A stretch of 64,000 bases of DNA from Rhina ancylostomus (Eukaryota). A program made the translations under genes and the position numbers. The notes beneath the pieces are model-generated. The model saw nothing but the letters and a program-made list of their open reading frames with translations. It ran no database searches and was not told the origin of the DNA. Each line of letters starts with the position of its first letter. Position 1 is the first letter of the stretch. Location of the stretch: positions 39,328,488-39,392,487 of the forward strand of contig JARFYF010000094.1 of the NCBI GenBank assembly GCA_030265395.1, given 5' to 3'. Below are positions 38,341 through 50,275 of the stretch, piece after piece.

Positions 38341-38545
38341 GACACTGAAGGAAGCTATTTCAGTCCATCAAGTCTATGCCAGCTCACAGAGAAATCCCAT
38401 CCTCCCACTGATGTCTTCCAGTTTCCCTCCAGATTCCACTGCAGGCTATTTATATTAGCCAATTAAAGTACCAGCCTGCAGGAGAAAAGCAGAGCACCCA
38501 GAGGAAACCCATGTGGTCGGTCATTGGGAGAACTGCAAATTTGTC
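38341..38545 (-). mobile_element. Decayed HE1-type SINE
   Basis: agagcacccagaggaaacccatgtggtc...gggagaactgcaaa. Confidence 0.65.
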
Positions 38546-38959
38546 TTGGGAACTTGCAAATAGTGGTTTCCCCAAAGGCCTGCTGCATTTGTACTCAGAG
38601 ATGTCCGAAGTTTAAGCCTTGGATAGGAACCATTTTTAAGTTGGAGCAGAACATCTCAGGGTGAAATTGTTTTCAGCATTTCAGTGCATGTAACACACTG
38701 ATACATAAGAGACCTCTGAGTGTATCACGTGATGTCAAATGACATGCAGTACTTATTTGACAACATTGTCATAAAATTATATTATGTAAAAGAGGTCTTC
38801 AAAGTAAGTTAAAGGTTGAGACCAACTTTGGTGTTAAAGGGCCCCATCCTATCTGGGCTACTGCTAAAGACTCCATGGCATCCCCCAGGGAGGAACCTTC
38901 TTTAACTTTCCATTGTTACTGATTATGCACCTTCTCCCCTCACAATTTATGACCATAAT

Positions 38960-39140
38960 CCCACCCAACCATCAAACCAATCAACTGTGCTACCAACAGC
39001 CCCATCATCTGTCCGAATCCAACCTCCCACCATCTGCCTGACACCCCCAACATCTGCCCATATTTAACATTTGCCCAGCTGCCATCCGCTCCCAGTCATC
39101 TGCCTGACTCACCACCCCAATCTCATCATCTGCCACTTAC
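38960..39140. repeat. Degenerate minisatellite with catctgcc-like units
   Basis: catctgtcc, catctgcc (several), catttgcc separated by C/A-rich spacers. Confidence 0.7.
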
Positions 39141-40689
39141 GTTAAGCAAATCCTGTTTGCAACCTAATACACTACGACTGAACATTACCCAGATCTTGTA
39201 ATGTGCAGATACTAACTGGTACATTATCTTTGGAGTTGTGACTGGAACTAAGTGTTGTAGATTCATTTGTAACATCATCACCTCTGACTACATGATATGG
39301 GGTGGGGTGGGGTGGGGTGGGTGTCATTAATGGANNNNNNNNNNNNNNNNNNNNNNNNNNNNNNNNNNNNNNNNNNNNNNNNNNNNNNNNNNNNNNNNNN
39401 NNNNNNNNNNNNNNNNNNNNNNNNNNNNNNNNNNNNNNNNNNNNNNNNNNNNNNNNNGACTTTATAACTTATCATCAGCAGTAATTAGCTTTTTTACATT
39501 AGGTCCTATGTAACTTAAGTTCTAACTGCAGAGAATATTTAGCACATTAATGTACCCTTTCCCCCTAAGCAAGGATTAACAACCAAACTGATTATAGACA
39601 CTCCCTTTTATCACATTGACTGTAGTATGTAAAAAACATAAAACATTCTATACACACATTAATCTATCCAACCTAACTCACTGGCTGGCTCTTTAAGGTG
39701 AAAACTTTTATTTTTTCCTTCTATTTCTCTATTGTCATCTGCCCTATGTTGTCATGCTCAAAAAAATATACAAATCTCAAACCCAGATGGGAATCTATTT
39801 GAAATATATGTATTATTCAAATAGATCCCCCATCTGGCTTTATGATCTTTTATTCACAAACATTTACATACACATCAATCTATCTCCCATGGCATTATAC
39901 ACATGCTACATAAGCACAGGCCTTTCGGTCAAACGGGGTTAGAGACCAAAGGACAATTGGACCAGAGTCAGCAGTGGTAATTTAGTCCTCATTTTAAATG
40001 GAGTTATTCTGTCATTGCTATTTTTCCATTAAGACTGCCACCCTGCCCAAATCTACATTTATAACATCTTGAAACATAAATGTATCACTCTAATACACCT
40101 CCACTGGTAGAAGGGTATTGCTACAACCTGACAAGATTAGCTAGATTTTTTCTACTACTAACAATCATTGGATTTTTTTTTGTGGAAAGGGAGTCAGGAA
40201 ATGAATGCAGACTTAATATTTTATGTAACTAACATTTATCATGCTTTAGAAGTTATTGAAGTAAATAATATTAAAGGAAGCCAATGAAAGAGAAAGTCAG
40301 CCAACCATTTCTTGACATTTGTTAATGAATTACTAAAAATTCTTCCAACCATACCATAAGGATGAGCCTACTACCCTCTTTCAAGCACACTTAAAAGTGC
40401 CTGAACCTCACAATTTCTCTCAATACCAGCTTTCCGCAATCCTACAAATTATCTGTGGGCTTCCTGCAATGTACAATAGTCACTGCAGTACTGAGAATGC
40501 ATCTAAGGTAAAATATGGTGCTGTGATGTGCTCCTTGGAGTGCATAATCCTGTAATCTGAATTTAAATGATTGCATACATTAATTATAGAACAGTCTGCC
40601 TGACTTCTGTATTTTATAAAATTCCATGCATTTTATCCAAAATGTATTGAAGTTATATGGGGGACTCAGCATGGTTCTAAAGCTAATAG

Positions 40690-41085
40690 GTAATGCCTCA
40701 CAAAAAACACTGGAATTCCTTGTAAAGTTGATTAAACTAATGAGGGAAATCCAGTTGATAAAACTTCTGAGCACTTTTGAAAAGCAATTACTGAAGTTTT
40801 CCTTTTAAGAGTTTTAAATAAGATAAGCAAATTGCATAATTGAACAGCAAATTGGACAGGCAGTTGATGAATGGTATTCTAAATTAAAGTCTGCAAATCA
40901 TGGTGCTCTATGGGAATCTGTTCCAGGTCCTGTTTTCATTCACATGTTAAAAAATTATGCGGAACTATATTAATGATTTAGATGAGAATATAGGTGGCAT
41001 GAATAATGAGTTTGAGGATGACACCAAAAGTGGTAGTGTGGTGGACAGTGAAGAAGGTTACAACAGCATCTAGATGAGCAGTAGA
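40690..41085 (+). mobile_element. CR1 RT relics
   Basis: GALWESVPGPVF (GVPQGSVLGPLL-like), YINDLDENIGG..FEDDTKSG. Confidence 0.75.
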
Positions 41086-41217
41086 GAAATAGAAGAAAAA
41101 AAATAAAGGTTTTCACCTCAAAGAGCCAATCAATGAGTTAGGTTGGATAGAGTAATGTGTATATACAGTAGAATGTTTTATGTTCTTTACATACCACAGT
41201 CAATGTGATGAAAGGGA

Positions 41218-42165
41218 GTTTCTATGATCAGTTTGGGGAAAGTGGGCAAAGGAATGGCAGATGGAATTTAACTCAGACAAGTGAGAAGAGACGTACTTTG
41301 GAAAGTTAAACCAAGGCAGGACTTTCATAGCAAATGACAGGGCCCTGGGGAGTTTTGTAGAACAGAGAGACCTAAAAATACAAGTACATAGGTCCCTGAA
41401 AGTGGTGACACAGATAGACAAGGTGGTGAAGAAGGCATATGGCACGCTTGCCTTCTTCGAACAGGACAACGAGTACAAGAATTTGGATGTCATGTTACAG
41501 CCGTATAGGGTGAGACTGCACCTGGAATATTGTGTGCAGGACTTTCTATAATCAGTTTGGGAAAAGTGGGCAAAGGAATGGCAGATGGAATTTAACTCAG
41601 ACAAGTAAGAAGTGATGTAATTTAGAAAGCTAAACCACGGATTGCCATTCTACAGGGAGGATGTGATTGAGCTAGCGAGGATACACAAATGATTCACAAG
41701 GCTGTTGCCAGGACTAGATAGCTGAGTTATGAGGATAAACTGGATAGTCTGGAACTGTTTTCCTTGGAGTGAAGGAGGCTGAGGGGTGACCTTATAGAGA
41801 TTGATAAAATCATGAGGGGCCTAGACAAGGTGAATGCTCACACTCCTTTTCCCAAGGTAGAGGAATCCCAAACTAGTGGGCATAGGTTTAAGCTGAGGGA
41901 GGGAAAGATTTAAAAGTGACCTGAGGGGCAAGTATTTCACACAGAGGGTTGTGGGTATATGAAATAAGCTGCCAGAGGAAATGGTAGAGGCGGGTACAGT
42001 TACAACATTTAAAAGAGATTTGGACAGATTCATGGAAAGAAAAGGATTAGAGGGATATGGGCCAAATGCAGACAAATGGAACTTGCTCAGTTAGGCACCT
42101 TGGTTGGCATGGACAAATTGGCCCAAAGGGTATTTTTCCATGCTGTATAACTCTATGACTCTAAC
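41218..42165 (+). mobile_element. CR1/HER1 LINE 3' ~950 bp with an internal ~95 bp duplication
   Basis: KWAKEWQMEFNSDK, QIDKVVKKAYGTL, VRLHLEYCVQ, RRLRGDLIE, TSGHRFK; tail tgctgtataactctatgactcta. Confidence 0.93.
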
Positions 42166-42449
42166 TGAATGTTATTGGTGATGCCAGAAAATTAACTGAT
42201 GGACATCAAGTTGTGCTTTGGGTGTTGAAGTCAAGAAGGAGGAGTTCCAAATGGATCTGTATAAATTTCAGACTCGGATAAATGTGCCAAAGAATAGCAG
42301 ACAGTGTTGAATGAGAGAAGTTTCAGGTTATATATACAGATCCAAAGACCCAGAACTAACCAACCAAAGGGAACTTATGTGGTTTAAAATCACAGACCAA
42401 TCANNNNNNNNNNNNNNNNNNNNNNNNNNNNNNNNNNNNNNNNNNNNNN

Positions 42450-42830
42450 NATCAGCTTCCACCCATCCCAAGGAGGGAATGAATGTTTAAGGTGGTAAAT
42501 GGAGTGCCAATCAAGCAGACTGCATTGTCCCATCACATTTTTTAGAGTTGTTGGAGCTAGGCAAATGTAGAAAATTCCATCACACTCCTGATGTAGCTTG
42601 TAGATGGTGGAATTCTCTGGTGTATCAAGAGTTGAGTCACTCACTGCATAATACCAAACCTCTTACCTGATCTTGAAGTCATTGTCTTCATTTGGCTGAT
42701 CTGGTTGCATTTCCAGTCAACGTTGAACCATAGGACGCTGACAGTGGGGACTCTGCAATGGTAAATGTCAAGAGTAGGTGGTTTGACTTTTTTTTGGAGA
42801 TAGTTATTGCCTGACAATTTCAATGATCAA
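42450..42830 (-). mobile_element. L2/CR1-group LINE RT relic
   Basis: gagtgccaatcaagcagactgcattgtcc, ttgttggagct, ttgtagatggtgga; parallel to 6060-6420. Confidence 0.75.
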
Positions 42831-43705
42831 ACGAAGAATGAGCAGGAAGATGATTTTAGTCAATATCTGAAAAGTTGGGTAATCAAATTGTAGGGTTTAG
42901 TCACAAAAGCAGAGAATCTGGACTTCACATATTGAAAGCTCAGTGGAGACTGGTGATCTTGTAGGTGTACTTGTAGGTATTGGATTTGCTGAGTTTTATT
43001 GACATGCAGTAAAAAAAAACACCCATCAGCTGCCCAATGAGCACCATACCTGCTAGGAAAAAGGGTTAAAGGTCAGAGAAATACATTTAGGTCAGGATAA
43101 CTAAATACTTATAGAACTGCTGCAGGATTTTCAACAAGATCACTATTCAATGGGTGTTCTACAAAACTGCAATTCACTGAAAGGACTGTGCACTGATGGA
43201 GGTCGGCTGTAACAAAACTTCTGGTGGTCCTTCGGTATAGTAGGTGGCTCATTTTAAACAAGCAAGGAATCAGTCAAGGAGCATCAGCAGGTCTTAGTGC
43301 TCTTTTGGTGAAAGGAAAACTGGCTGCAAATTTAAAACCCAGCAAATACAAGGCAGTGCAACAGCATTCCACGATGCAATTATGGAGATACAAATGAAGT
43401 AGAGAAGGAAGAATATCCCTGCCATGTAAAGCATCCTCCATCAAGAGTATTACCAGAGCAATCTGTACAATGTGTACATCCATACGGATTGATGCTCTCA
43501 GGTGTGGCAGTATGGGCAGGAAACAATTTACTGGGCAATGCAAGTTCATCAGGGCAAGTGTACTAAAACTGAGCAAATCTAACAGTGCACTCTATTAATG
43601 CTTCATTATTTGCACCATCACACAAGGAAAACACACACTTGGAAACACAAGGTCTTGCTCCAAGTTGCCTTCAGCTGTGAAGCACTGACTGCAGACATAT
43701 CACCC

Positions 43706-43842
43706 TGCTGTTCAGATGAAGGTTCTCAACTTAAAATGTCAACTGTCCATTTCCCTCCACAGATACTACCTGACCCACTGAGTTCCTCCAACATCTTTTT
43801 CGTTGCTCCAGGTTCCAGCATCTGCAGTCTCTCGTGTCTATC
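43706..43842 (+). mobile_element. Solo Penelope pLTR fragment with decayed hammerhead motif (CAGATGA variant)
   Basis: gttCAGATGAaggttctcaacttaaaatgtcaactgtccatttccctccacagatactacctgacccactgagttcctcc...ttccagcatctgcag. Confidence 0.8.
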
Positions 43843-45649
43843 ATCCTACTATCGTGAGCCCTCAATGATTTGAGCCAGCGCAAGGTCCCTAATGCTAATG
43901 AAACTATTGTAGAGGGGCCTGTAACTATGTAGAATTGGAATCAGGTTTATTATCACTGACATATGGTGTTTCTCCAATTGGCACTCAAATGGCAACCTCA
44001 ATCACAAAGGCCAGGGGTGCACTTGTCACATTACACAAAGGCTATTCTATACTCATCTCAAATGTGGTAGATTTTGTTTCTGTCCTCTCTGGGAGAGAGC
44101 CACAGATTGGGACACTTTTGTGCTATGGGACTGTGGCTGCTGAATTGTGATTATCCAGGTTCACTGTGCAGGCAGATTTCATAAACCTGCGTGGATTTGA
44201 ACCCAGGCCTCAGTGATTAAACCTAGCATTTTTACCTTGTTCTAAACTCATGTCAGATCCCCTGTTGATAGTGAAAGTGGGCAGTTGTGGGCAATAAACT
44301 GAATGCAGTGATAATCACCAAGATAAAAAGATGCTTTAATTCTTTTTCCACTCAGTAAAGACATGCAAACTCTCTGTTAAACTGTTTTTTAAATGAGAAA
44401 TATATAATAATGTGTAATCTTTGAGCTCCAGGAGATGAAAATGTTAAGTTAATTATTTCCTTACATCTCTGAGTAAATGTGTAAGTGAAATCAGTTGCTG
44501 ATTATCTTCCAGCCCAAGAACTCTGCTGCTGTTAACAATGCCTCAGAATGTTGATTTGACAAGTTCTTCGGCACTTAAGGAAAGAAGCAAGGAAATTGCT
44601 AACCCCATTGTTGCTAGTCATACTTCAGCAGCAGCTGCAAGCGGGTAATGGCTTTTCAAATGACAATGTTATCCTAGACCTTCTTGTTGAATGGCCTTGT
44701 GGAGTCATTAATCTGTGCCTACAGGACCAGAAAGAGCTTATTCTGTCATTGCACTTATTTTTATAGCTTGTTATTGCATTTTTGTTCATGATAGATTACT
44801 GCAATGTTACATACTAGCTGGCCAACTGCTGGCTTTCTTGGTCAATACAAGCTTGATTTTTCAGTATTTGGAGAACTAACAATTCCAAATGATCAAATAA
44901 TTCAAGATCCAAATTGACCCTTAAGGCCACAAAATTGGGTATGATGTCAATGGAGCACTTGGGAAACCTCAAAGCTGTTCCAAGATATTGAGGGCAGAAG
45001 TTGCTTAGGGGCATAAACCACATACAAGAAGAAGAATTGATATCAGGTCCAATTTTCAATGCTTCAAATGGATCGCCTTTTTAGACATCAGCGACAGCAC
45101 TTAAAATGGGTCTCTAATCCTACTACTATTGTAAATGGGACTGAAGGATTGAGGTGGGAGTCGGGTTGAGACCCTAATGACTGTTTTACAGCCTTTTGGA
45201 TTCTTAGGCAGGTTTTGCAATCTAGGCAGTGGTCATCACTGAAAGTTCCTACCCTGATAAAAGATTACTTAAAAATAAGTTGCCCAGGAATTGAATTTCA
45301 GGCTGTTTTGGTGTGCTAAGCAGGTGTTGCATATAGCAAGTCAACGGCTGCAAAAGAAATCATGACATTAGAATGTCCTTGCTTTAAGAAGTCATTAATG
45401 TGGTTTCTTCCCCTCCCCTCCCCCTCCATAAGAGTGTTAAAAGCTGGAAAGTGGATCAACCCTTTCAAAGAGTTCTTGCTACGTTAGCCACATTGAAGGG
45501 CAATGGCACATCAGATTGAGGGGTCTGAGAGTTACACCTATCACTTCTTTACAGAAGCTTGCCAGAACCAATTCTTTTCCTCATAAAAATTTTCATGGGC
45601 CAATTCTTTGGATGAGTGTAAAGTTACTTTAAATCATGCTTTACTTTCA

Positions 45650-46145
45650 GAAACAAAGGACTGCAGATGCTGGAATCTAGATGAAAAAACAACAAGAGGC
45701 TGGAGGAACTCAGCAGGCCAGGCAGCATCCGTGGAGGAAAGCAGTCAACATTTCGGGTCACGACCCTTCTTCAGGACTGAAGATAGGAAAAGGGGAAGTC
45801 CAATATATAGGGGGAGATAGGTAGATGCAGGTTAGAGATAGTGATAAGCAGGTGTGGGGGAGGAGGGTAGAGCAGATCCACTGGGGGATGTGTCAAAGGG
45901 AAGTAGGCAGGCACCCTATGAGGGGAGGGGAGGAGAGGGAAAAAATATTGGTGAGGAGAAACAAGGACAGAGAGGCAAGGAAAGCAAAGAAAAGAAGAGG
46001 CAAGGTTGGGGGAGGCAGGTTAGTTAACTTAAAGTGGGAGAATTCAATGTTCATACTGTTAGGCTGTAAGGTCCCCAGATGGAAAATGAGGTGCTGTTCC
46101 TCCAGTTTGCATTTGGACTTCTCTTGGCAGTGGAAGAGGCCAAGA
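45650..46145 (-). mobile_element. Penelope-like element 3' end: GIY-YIG C-terminus plus pLTR
   Basis: Reverse strand LGLFHCQEKSKCKLEEQHLIFHLGTLQPNSMNIEFSHFK, then a pyrimidine-rich UTR, a hammerhead and the gatgctgcctggcctgctgagttcctccagc terminus. Confidence 0.92.
45742..45779 (-). ncRNA. Minimal type-I hammerhead ribozyme motif
   Basis: Reverse complement CAGUC-CUGAAGA-A-GGGUC-GU-GACCC-GAAA-UGUU-GACUG: stem I 5 bp, core CUGANGA/GAAA, stem II, vestigial stem III. Confidence 0.8.
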
Positions 46146-46274
46146 TAATGTTGTGGTGGTCCTCAGTGGGGTCACAGTTCAGGGGTCTGTAGAAAGTGAA
46201 TTGTTCTCGGTGTAGCTTGGTGTCAGGGGAATCAGGATGGAGTCGATGAGCTTGGGAGAGAGAATTGAAAACCT

Positions 46275-46990
46275 TCCCTTTCTGGCCCTGACTCTAACCC
46301 CTGCCAGGTCTTTACCATCTCCCCTGACCTCTCCCTCTCTGAGGCTGAGTGGTCTGTTCTCAGCAAAGGCCTGACCTTCGTACCTCTAAGCCCCCACCTC
46401 AATGAATTCCGAGCCCCACACGATGCTGAGCTCTTTTCTGCCGCCTCCGTGCCTTCTTCTTCGATAAGGAGTCCTCTCCCCTTTCTAATGACCCGTTCTC
46501 CTGCCTCCAGCCCTCTTCTTCCACCAGGCCTATTACCTTCCCTGGACCTACTCATAGCCAACTGTCCACACAACATCAGCCATCTTGACTTTTCTCCTCC
46601 CCTCATCCACTTCAACCTTACCCCTTCTGAACACTCTGCTCTCCACTCTCTCCGCACCCACCCTGACATTGTCATCAAACCAGCTGACGAAGGTGGTGCC
46701 GTGATAGTCTGGCGTACTGACCTCTACCTTGCAGAGGCCAGATGCCAACCCTCAGACACTTCCTCCTACCAACCCCGGAACCATGATCCCACTGAGGACC
46801 AGCAGGACATTATCTCCCACACCATCACAGACCTCATCACCTCGAGAGATCTCCACCCCCACAGCTACCAACGTGATAGTCCCGCAACCTAGGACTGCCC
46901 GCTTCTATCTCCTCCCCAAAATCCACAAGAAGGACCGTCCCGGCAGACCTATTGTCTCCGTGTGCTCTTGCCCCACTGAGCTCACATCAA
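46275..46990 (+). mobile_element. Penelope-like element RT N-terminal region (frameshifted)
   Basis: LSEAEWSVLSKGLTFVP, ALHSLRTHPDIVIKPADEGGAVIVW, ARFYLLPKIHKKDRPGRPIVS; classic Penelope RT motifs. Confidence 0.95.
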
Positions 46991-47084
46991 CTGGCAGAGC
47001 AGGGACCAAGAATCAAGCCCAGTCCTCTCTCAGCCCATGTGCTGTTAAGCTCTGAAGTCCAGGACTAACTTTCATATTTCTTTA

Positions 47085-47340
47085 CAACACAGCAGGATGT
47101 AATTTCAGCCCATCGAGCCTATGCTGGTTCACTGAGCACTCCCATTCATGTCTAACTTCTGCAAACTATTCTCTCTCCCATGCTCATCAACTCCACCCTG
47201 ATTCCCCTGACACCAAGCTACACTAGGGGCAACTTACAGTCACCATTAAGCTACTAGCACATCTTTGCATGTGGGAGGAATTGAACCCTGGTTGCTGGTG
47301 CTGTTAAGGCAGCAACTCTACTAGCTGTGCCAGTGCCCCT
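47085..47340 (-). mobile_element. HE1-type V-SINE (internally deleted)
   Basis: ttcagcccatcgagcctatgc tail, ctaggggcaacttacag, attgaaccctgg..ctctactagctgtgcca head. Confidence 0.85.
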
Positions 47341-48400
47341 CCTTTGCTCCTGCAAATTACAACACTGTAAGCCAGGTGATACCTAGCTGGGAATGTAAGG
47401 CAGAATCTAATCAAAAATCTGGGTGGCTTGCATAAGGAATACTGGACACCTGAGAGAATTGCAAATGTGAACCAAATCAAGGGTTTCAAGTTACATAATA
47501 ATCAGAAAAGAGCAACGTTAGCCATCGTTAGAGATTGTCAAACCTGTCCGGCAGCTGTTCCCATATCATGCTCATGATACGATAATGCAACGTAGAACTT
47601 GTGGGGAGTTATATTTTGAGACTGTAAGTCTCTGTGGCACCTGCAAGTTTCCTGGTGCTGTTGCTTGCATAAGCAAATAAACAGAGGTAGAATTGTAAAC
47701 AGACCATCTTTTTTTTGAAGGCAGCAAATCTCAACTAAACTACAGAGTCTAGATGCATGGAGTTGTACCACATGATAGAGGCCAGTTCTTAAAGGTTAAT
47801 TACAGCAAATATTCTGTGGATGTTTTGGTGGGTCCTATCAGTAAAGGAGGTTACATTCTGTAGGACTTGGAGCCTCTCACTCGGTTATCGTCATCACTCA
47901 GCATATAGAATGGTGCTAAACTCTGCCTTCCACATTCTGCTCTGCCCCCCACAACCCACAGGACCCCCACCCACAGAGCACCAAGAGACCACAATCTGCC
48001 AACTTTGGGTGGTCAACTGAGGAATATCTGGAGGTTTTCTAGCAGATATTCAGAAGTTCTGGGCAGAGCTTTGGGTGGTGCAACTTTGGGGACCAGAGGT
48101 GGGGTTTGGGGGAAAATGAGCAGTTGGGAAGTGGATGGAAAGAGGCCGAGCAGCTGTGGTTGTTGGAGAGAGCAAGCACCTGGCAACCGGCGAATAGGAG
48201 GAGGCCGGAAAGGAAGGGGTCAAGTGAAAGAGGAGGGAGTTGAGAGGGAAGGGGAGAGGGGGGGCCAGTTAGGGGAAGAGGATCTGAAGGAGGAAGTGGA
48301 TTAGGGTGGGAGCTGCGAAGAGGCAACTGAGGAAAAGGGTGCAGGCAAAACCCAGTATCTGTTGTGGGTGGTTGGAGTGTGTCTGTAAGTGTTCACTCAG

Positions 48401-48402
<2 letters not shown>

Positions 48403-48452
<50 letters not shown>
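48403..48452. repeat. (TG)n microsatellite
   Basis: Uninterrupted tg run. Confidence 0.98.
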
Positions 48453-48453
<1 letters not shown>

Positions 48454-50179
48454 ATAAAGTCTATGCGGCATAGCCTCTTCAATCATTTTGTATCTTCTTG
48501 CCAAGATCTCACTCTGCCAAGTCCATGTAGTAACTGGTGTGAACAGCCTCCCCATGTTAAAAGGATTCACACAAGGCCCTCTTCCACTTCCCAGGACTGC
48601 AGTGGAAACATTTTAACTTCAATCTCAGGGGACTGACTAAAAAGAAAATGAAGAAAACACCACACTGTCTACATAAATCTAATAACTCAAATTACAACAG
48701 CAGCGTGTACATCTCTACTATATACCGTACTTTGGTATCAAGAACTCAATCATAACAAACTCAACTTTCATTATTTCTGAGAAATCTCCACTGTCTTCTC
48801 CGTTTTCACACTGTCTTGTATTCTGCCTCTCCCAGTTCTCCTCCGTTGCCTTTAAACCTTTGTTGTTGACTTGTTCCCTACATTCCCTCTCCAGACATAT
48901 GTCAATGCCTTTGCTATCAGAAGACTCCGCCTACAGCCCTGCTCTGTTGGAGCTTCATCCTACTGAAAAGATCTATGACCCACTGGTTGCCTAGGGCATG
49001 ACCTTCCATTGTTCAGATTATGAAACTGTTAGGTCTTAATTTTGCTGTCACTTCTTCTCAATCTGGAATTCCCTAAACAATGTATCAGACAAGGGTAACC
49101 TGAATGTTGGAAATAACAGTCCAAACTGTTAATTCCAACATTCAGGCTTCAGAGTACATCCTCTTTTCTAGTCCTGATTCCACTGTACTATTCCAATTCC
49201 TTGAGCTACAACAAATCCCTTGCCGTCTCGTGCAGGAGAGGCACCTTTCAATCTTGTCATGTGTTTGTGTAATCCATTCAGAATATATTGTGCACAACAT
49301 TGATAACTGTGGACTGATTCTCCTCTGCTCCATTTCATTCCTGACTCTACAGCCACCTCATTCTCAAAATCAATAAACGTGGCACACAAGTGTCTAGACC
49401 AATTTGGGAGCCAGGAATACTAATACTTCTGGCATCCTTTTCCTAAAGGTTGGCCAGCATCATTTTGTGTGGAAGATTCTTGACAAATAATGTTTAGCAA
49501 CCATCCCCCGGGCTCTTCTCTCTGCTCTGCCCCTTCACCCTGGTTCATGGTGCAACTTGAAACTTCTACAGTAGCTTTACTCTCTCAGTTGCAGGGAATG
49601 CATTTTAACCTCTTGTTCCACAGCATTGCCTCACTCTTGTGTCAAATCTCATTGTTGAAAACATGTCCAAAACCTTCTGTTCCCCTCTTGGTTTAGCTAT
49701 TGACTGTTCTGACATTTCGCAAAGATTACCAGCAAGCCCAACCTGAGGACACAATTTAGTTTGCTCAAGGTGATTAGAAAATGTAAAGTTTTCTTCTTCC
49801 ATATTAATTCATTATCTATATCCCCAGTAGTTTGTGAAATATATCTTTCATTCACTGAGATGTTAGCCTTAAATTCTATGACTTCTTTGCTCCCTTAGAT
49901 AGAGCTTGGTGTTTGGCTGCTTCCCTACTGGAAACCAACACTGACAACTTATCTAATCCAGCCTGCTTCTGAAAGTATGGTACACTCTTCCTGAATCACC
50001 AATGGCTCTTCTCATTCCTGCTGCTCCAATAATCTCACACAGTATTTTCCTCTGCAGTGACCATTCTCTGTATTTCTACTGCCCTCAGATAGCCATTGAC
50101 TCATTGTTTCCTATAGTTAATGTCATTCAGGCAGTAGCCTGTATCCCTTGCATGAAAGTGTCTTGGGATTTCTTGAGCA

Positions 50180-50275
50180 AAAAAACAAAATGCTGGAGGA
50201 ACTCAGAGGATCAGGCAGCATCTACAGAGGGAAATGGTTAGTGAGCATTCTGGATCAAGACCTTTTTACCTGAGG
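50180..50275 (-). mobile_element. Solo Penelope pLTR fragment
   Basis: aaaatgctggaggaactcagaggatcaggcagcatctacagagggaaatgg; hammerhead part heavily decayed. Confidence 0.75.

Noticed and set aside
38190-38391. Exact 51-bp direct repeat (gacactgaaggaagc...cacagag) on both sides of a gap
   Set aside because: The copies flank an exactly 100-N gap, the signature of unmerged overlapping contig ends; assembly artefact, not a tandem repeat or CRISPR
48005-48350. Purine-rich ORFs (99 and 95 aa) with Gly/Pro bias
   Set aside because: Low-complexity strand-biased sequence, probably a retroelement UTR relic; no supportable protein call
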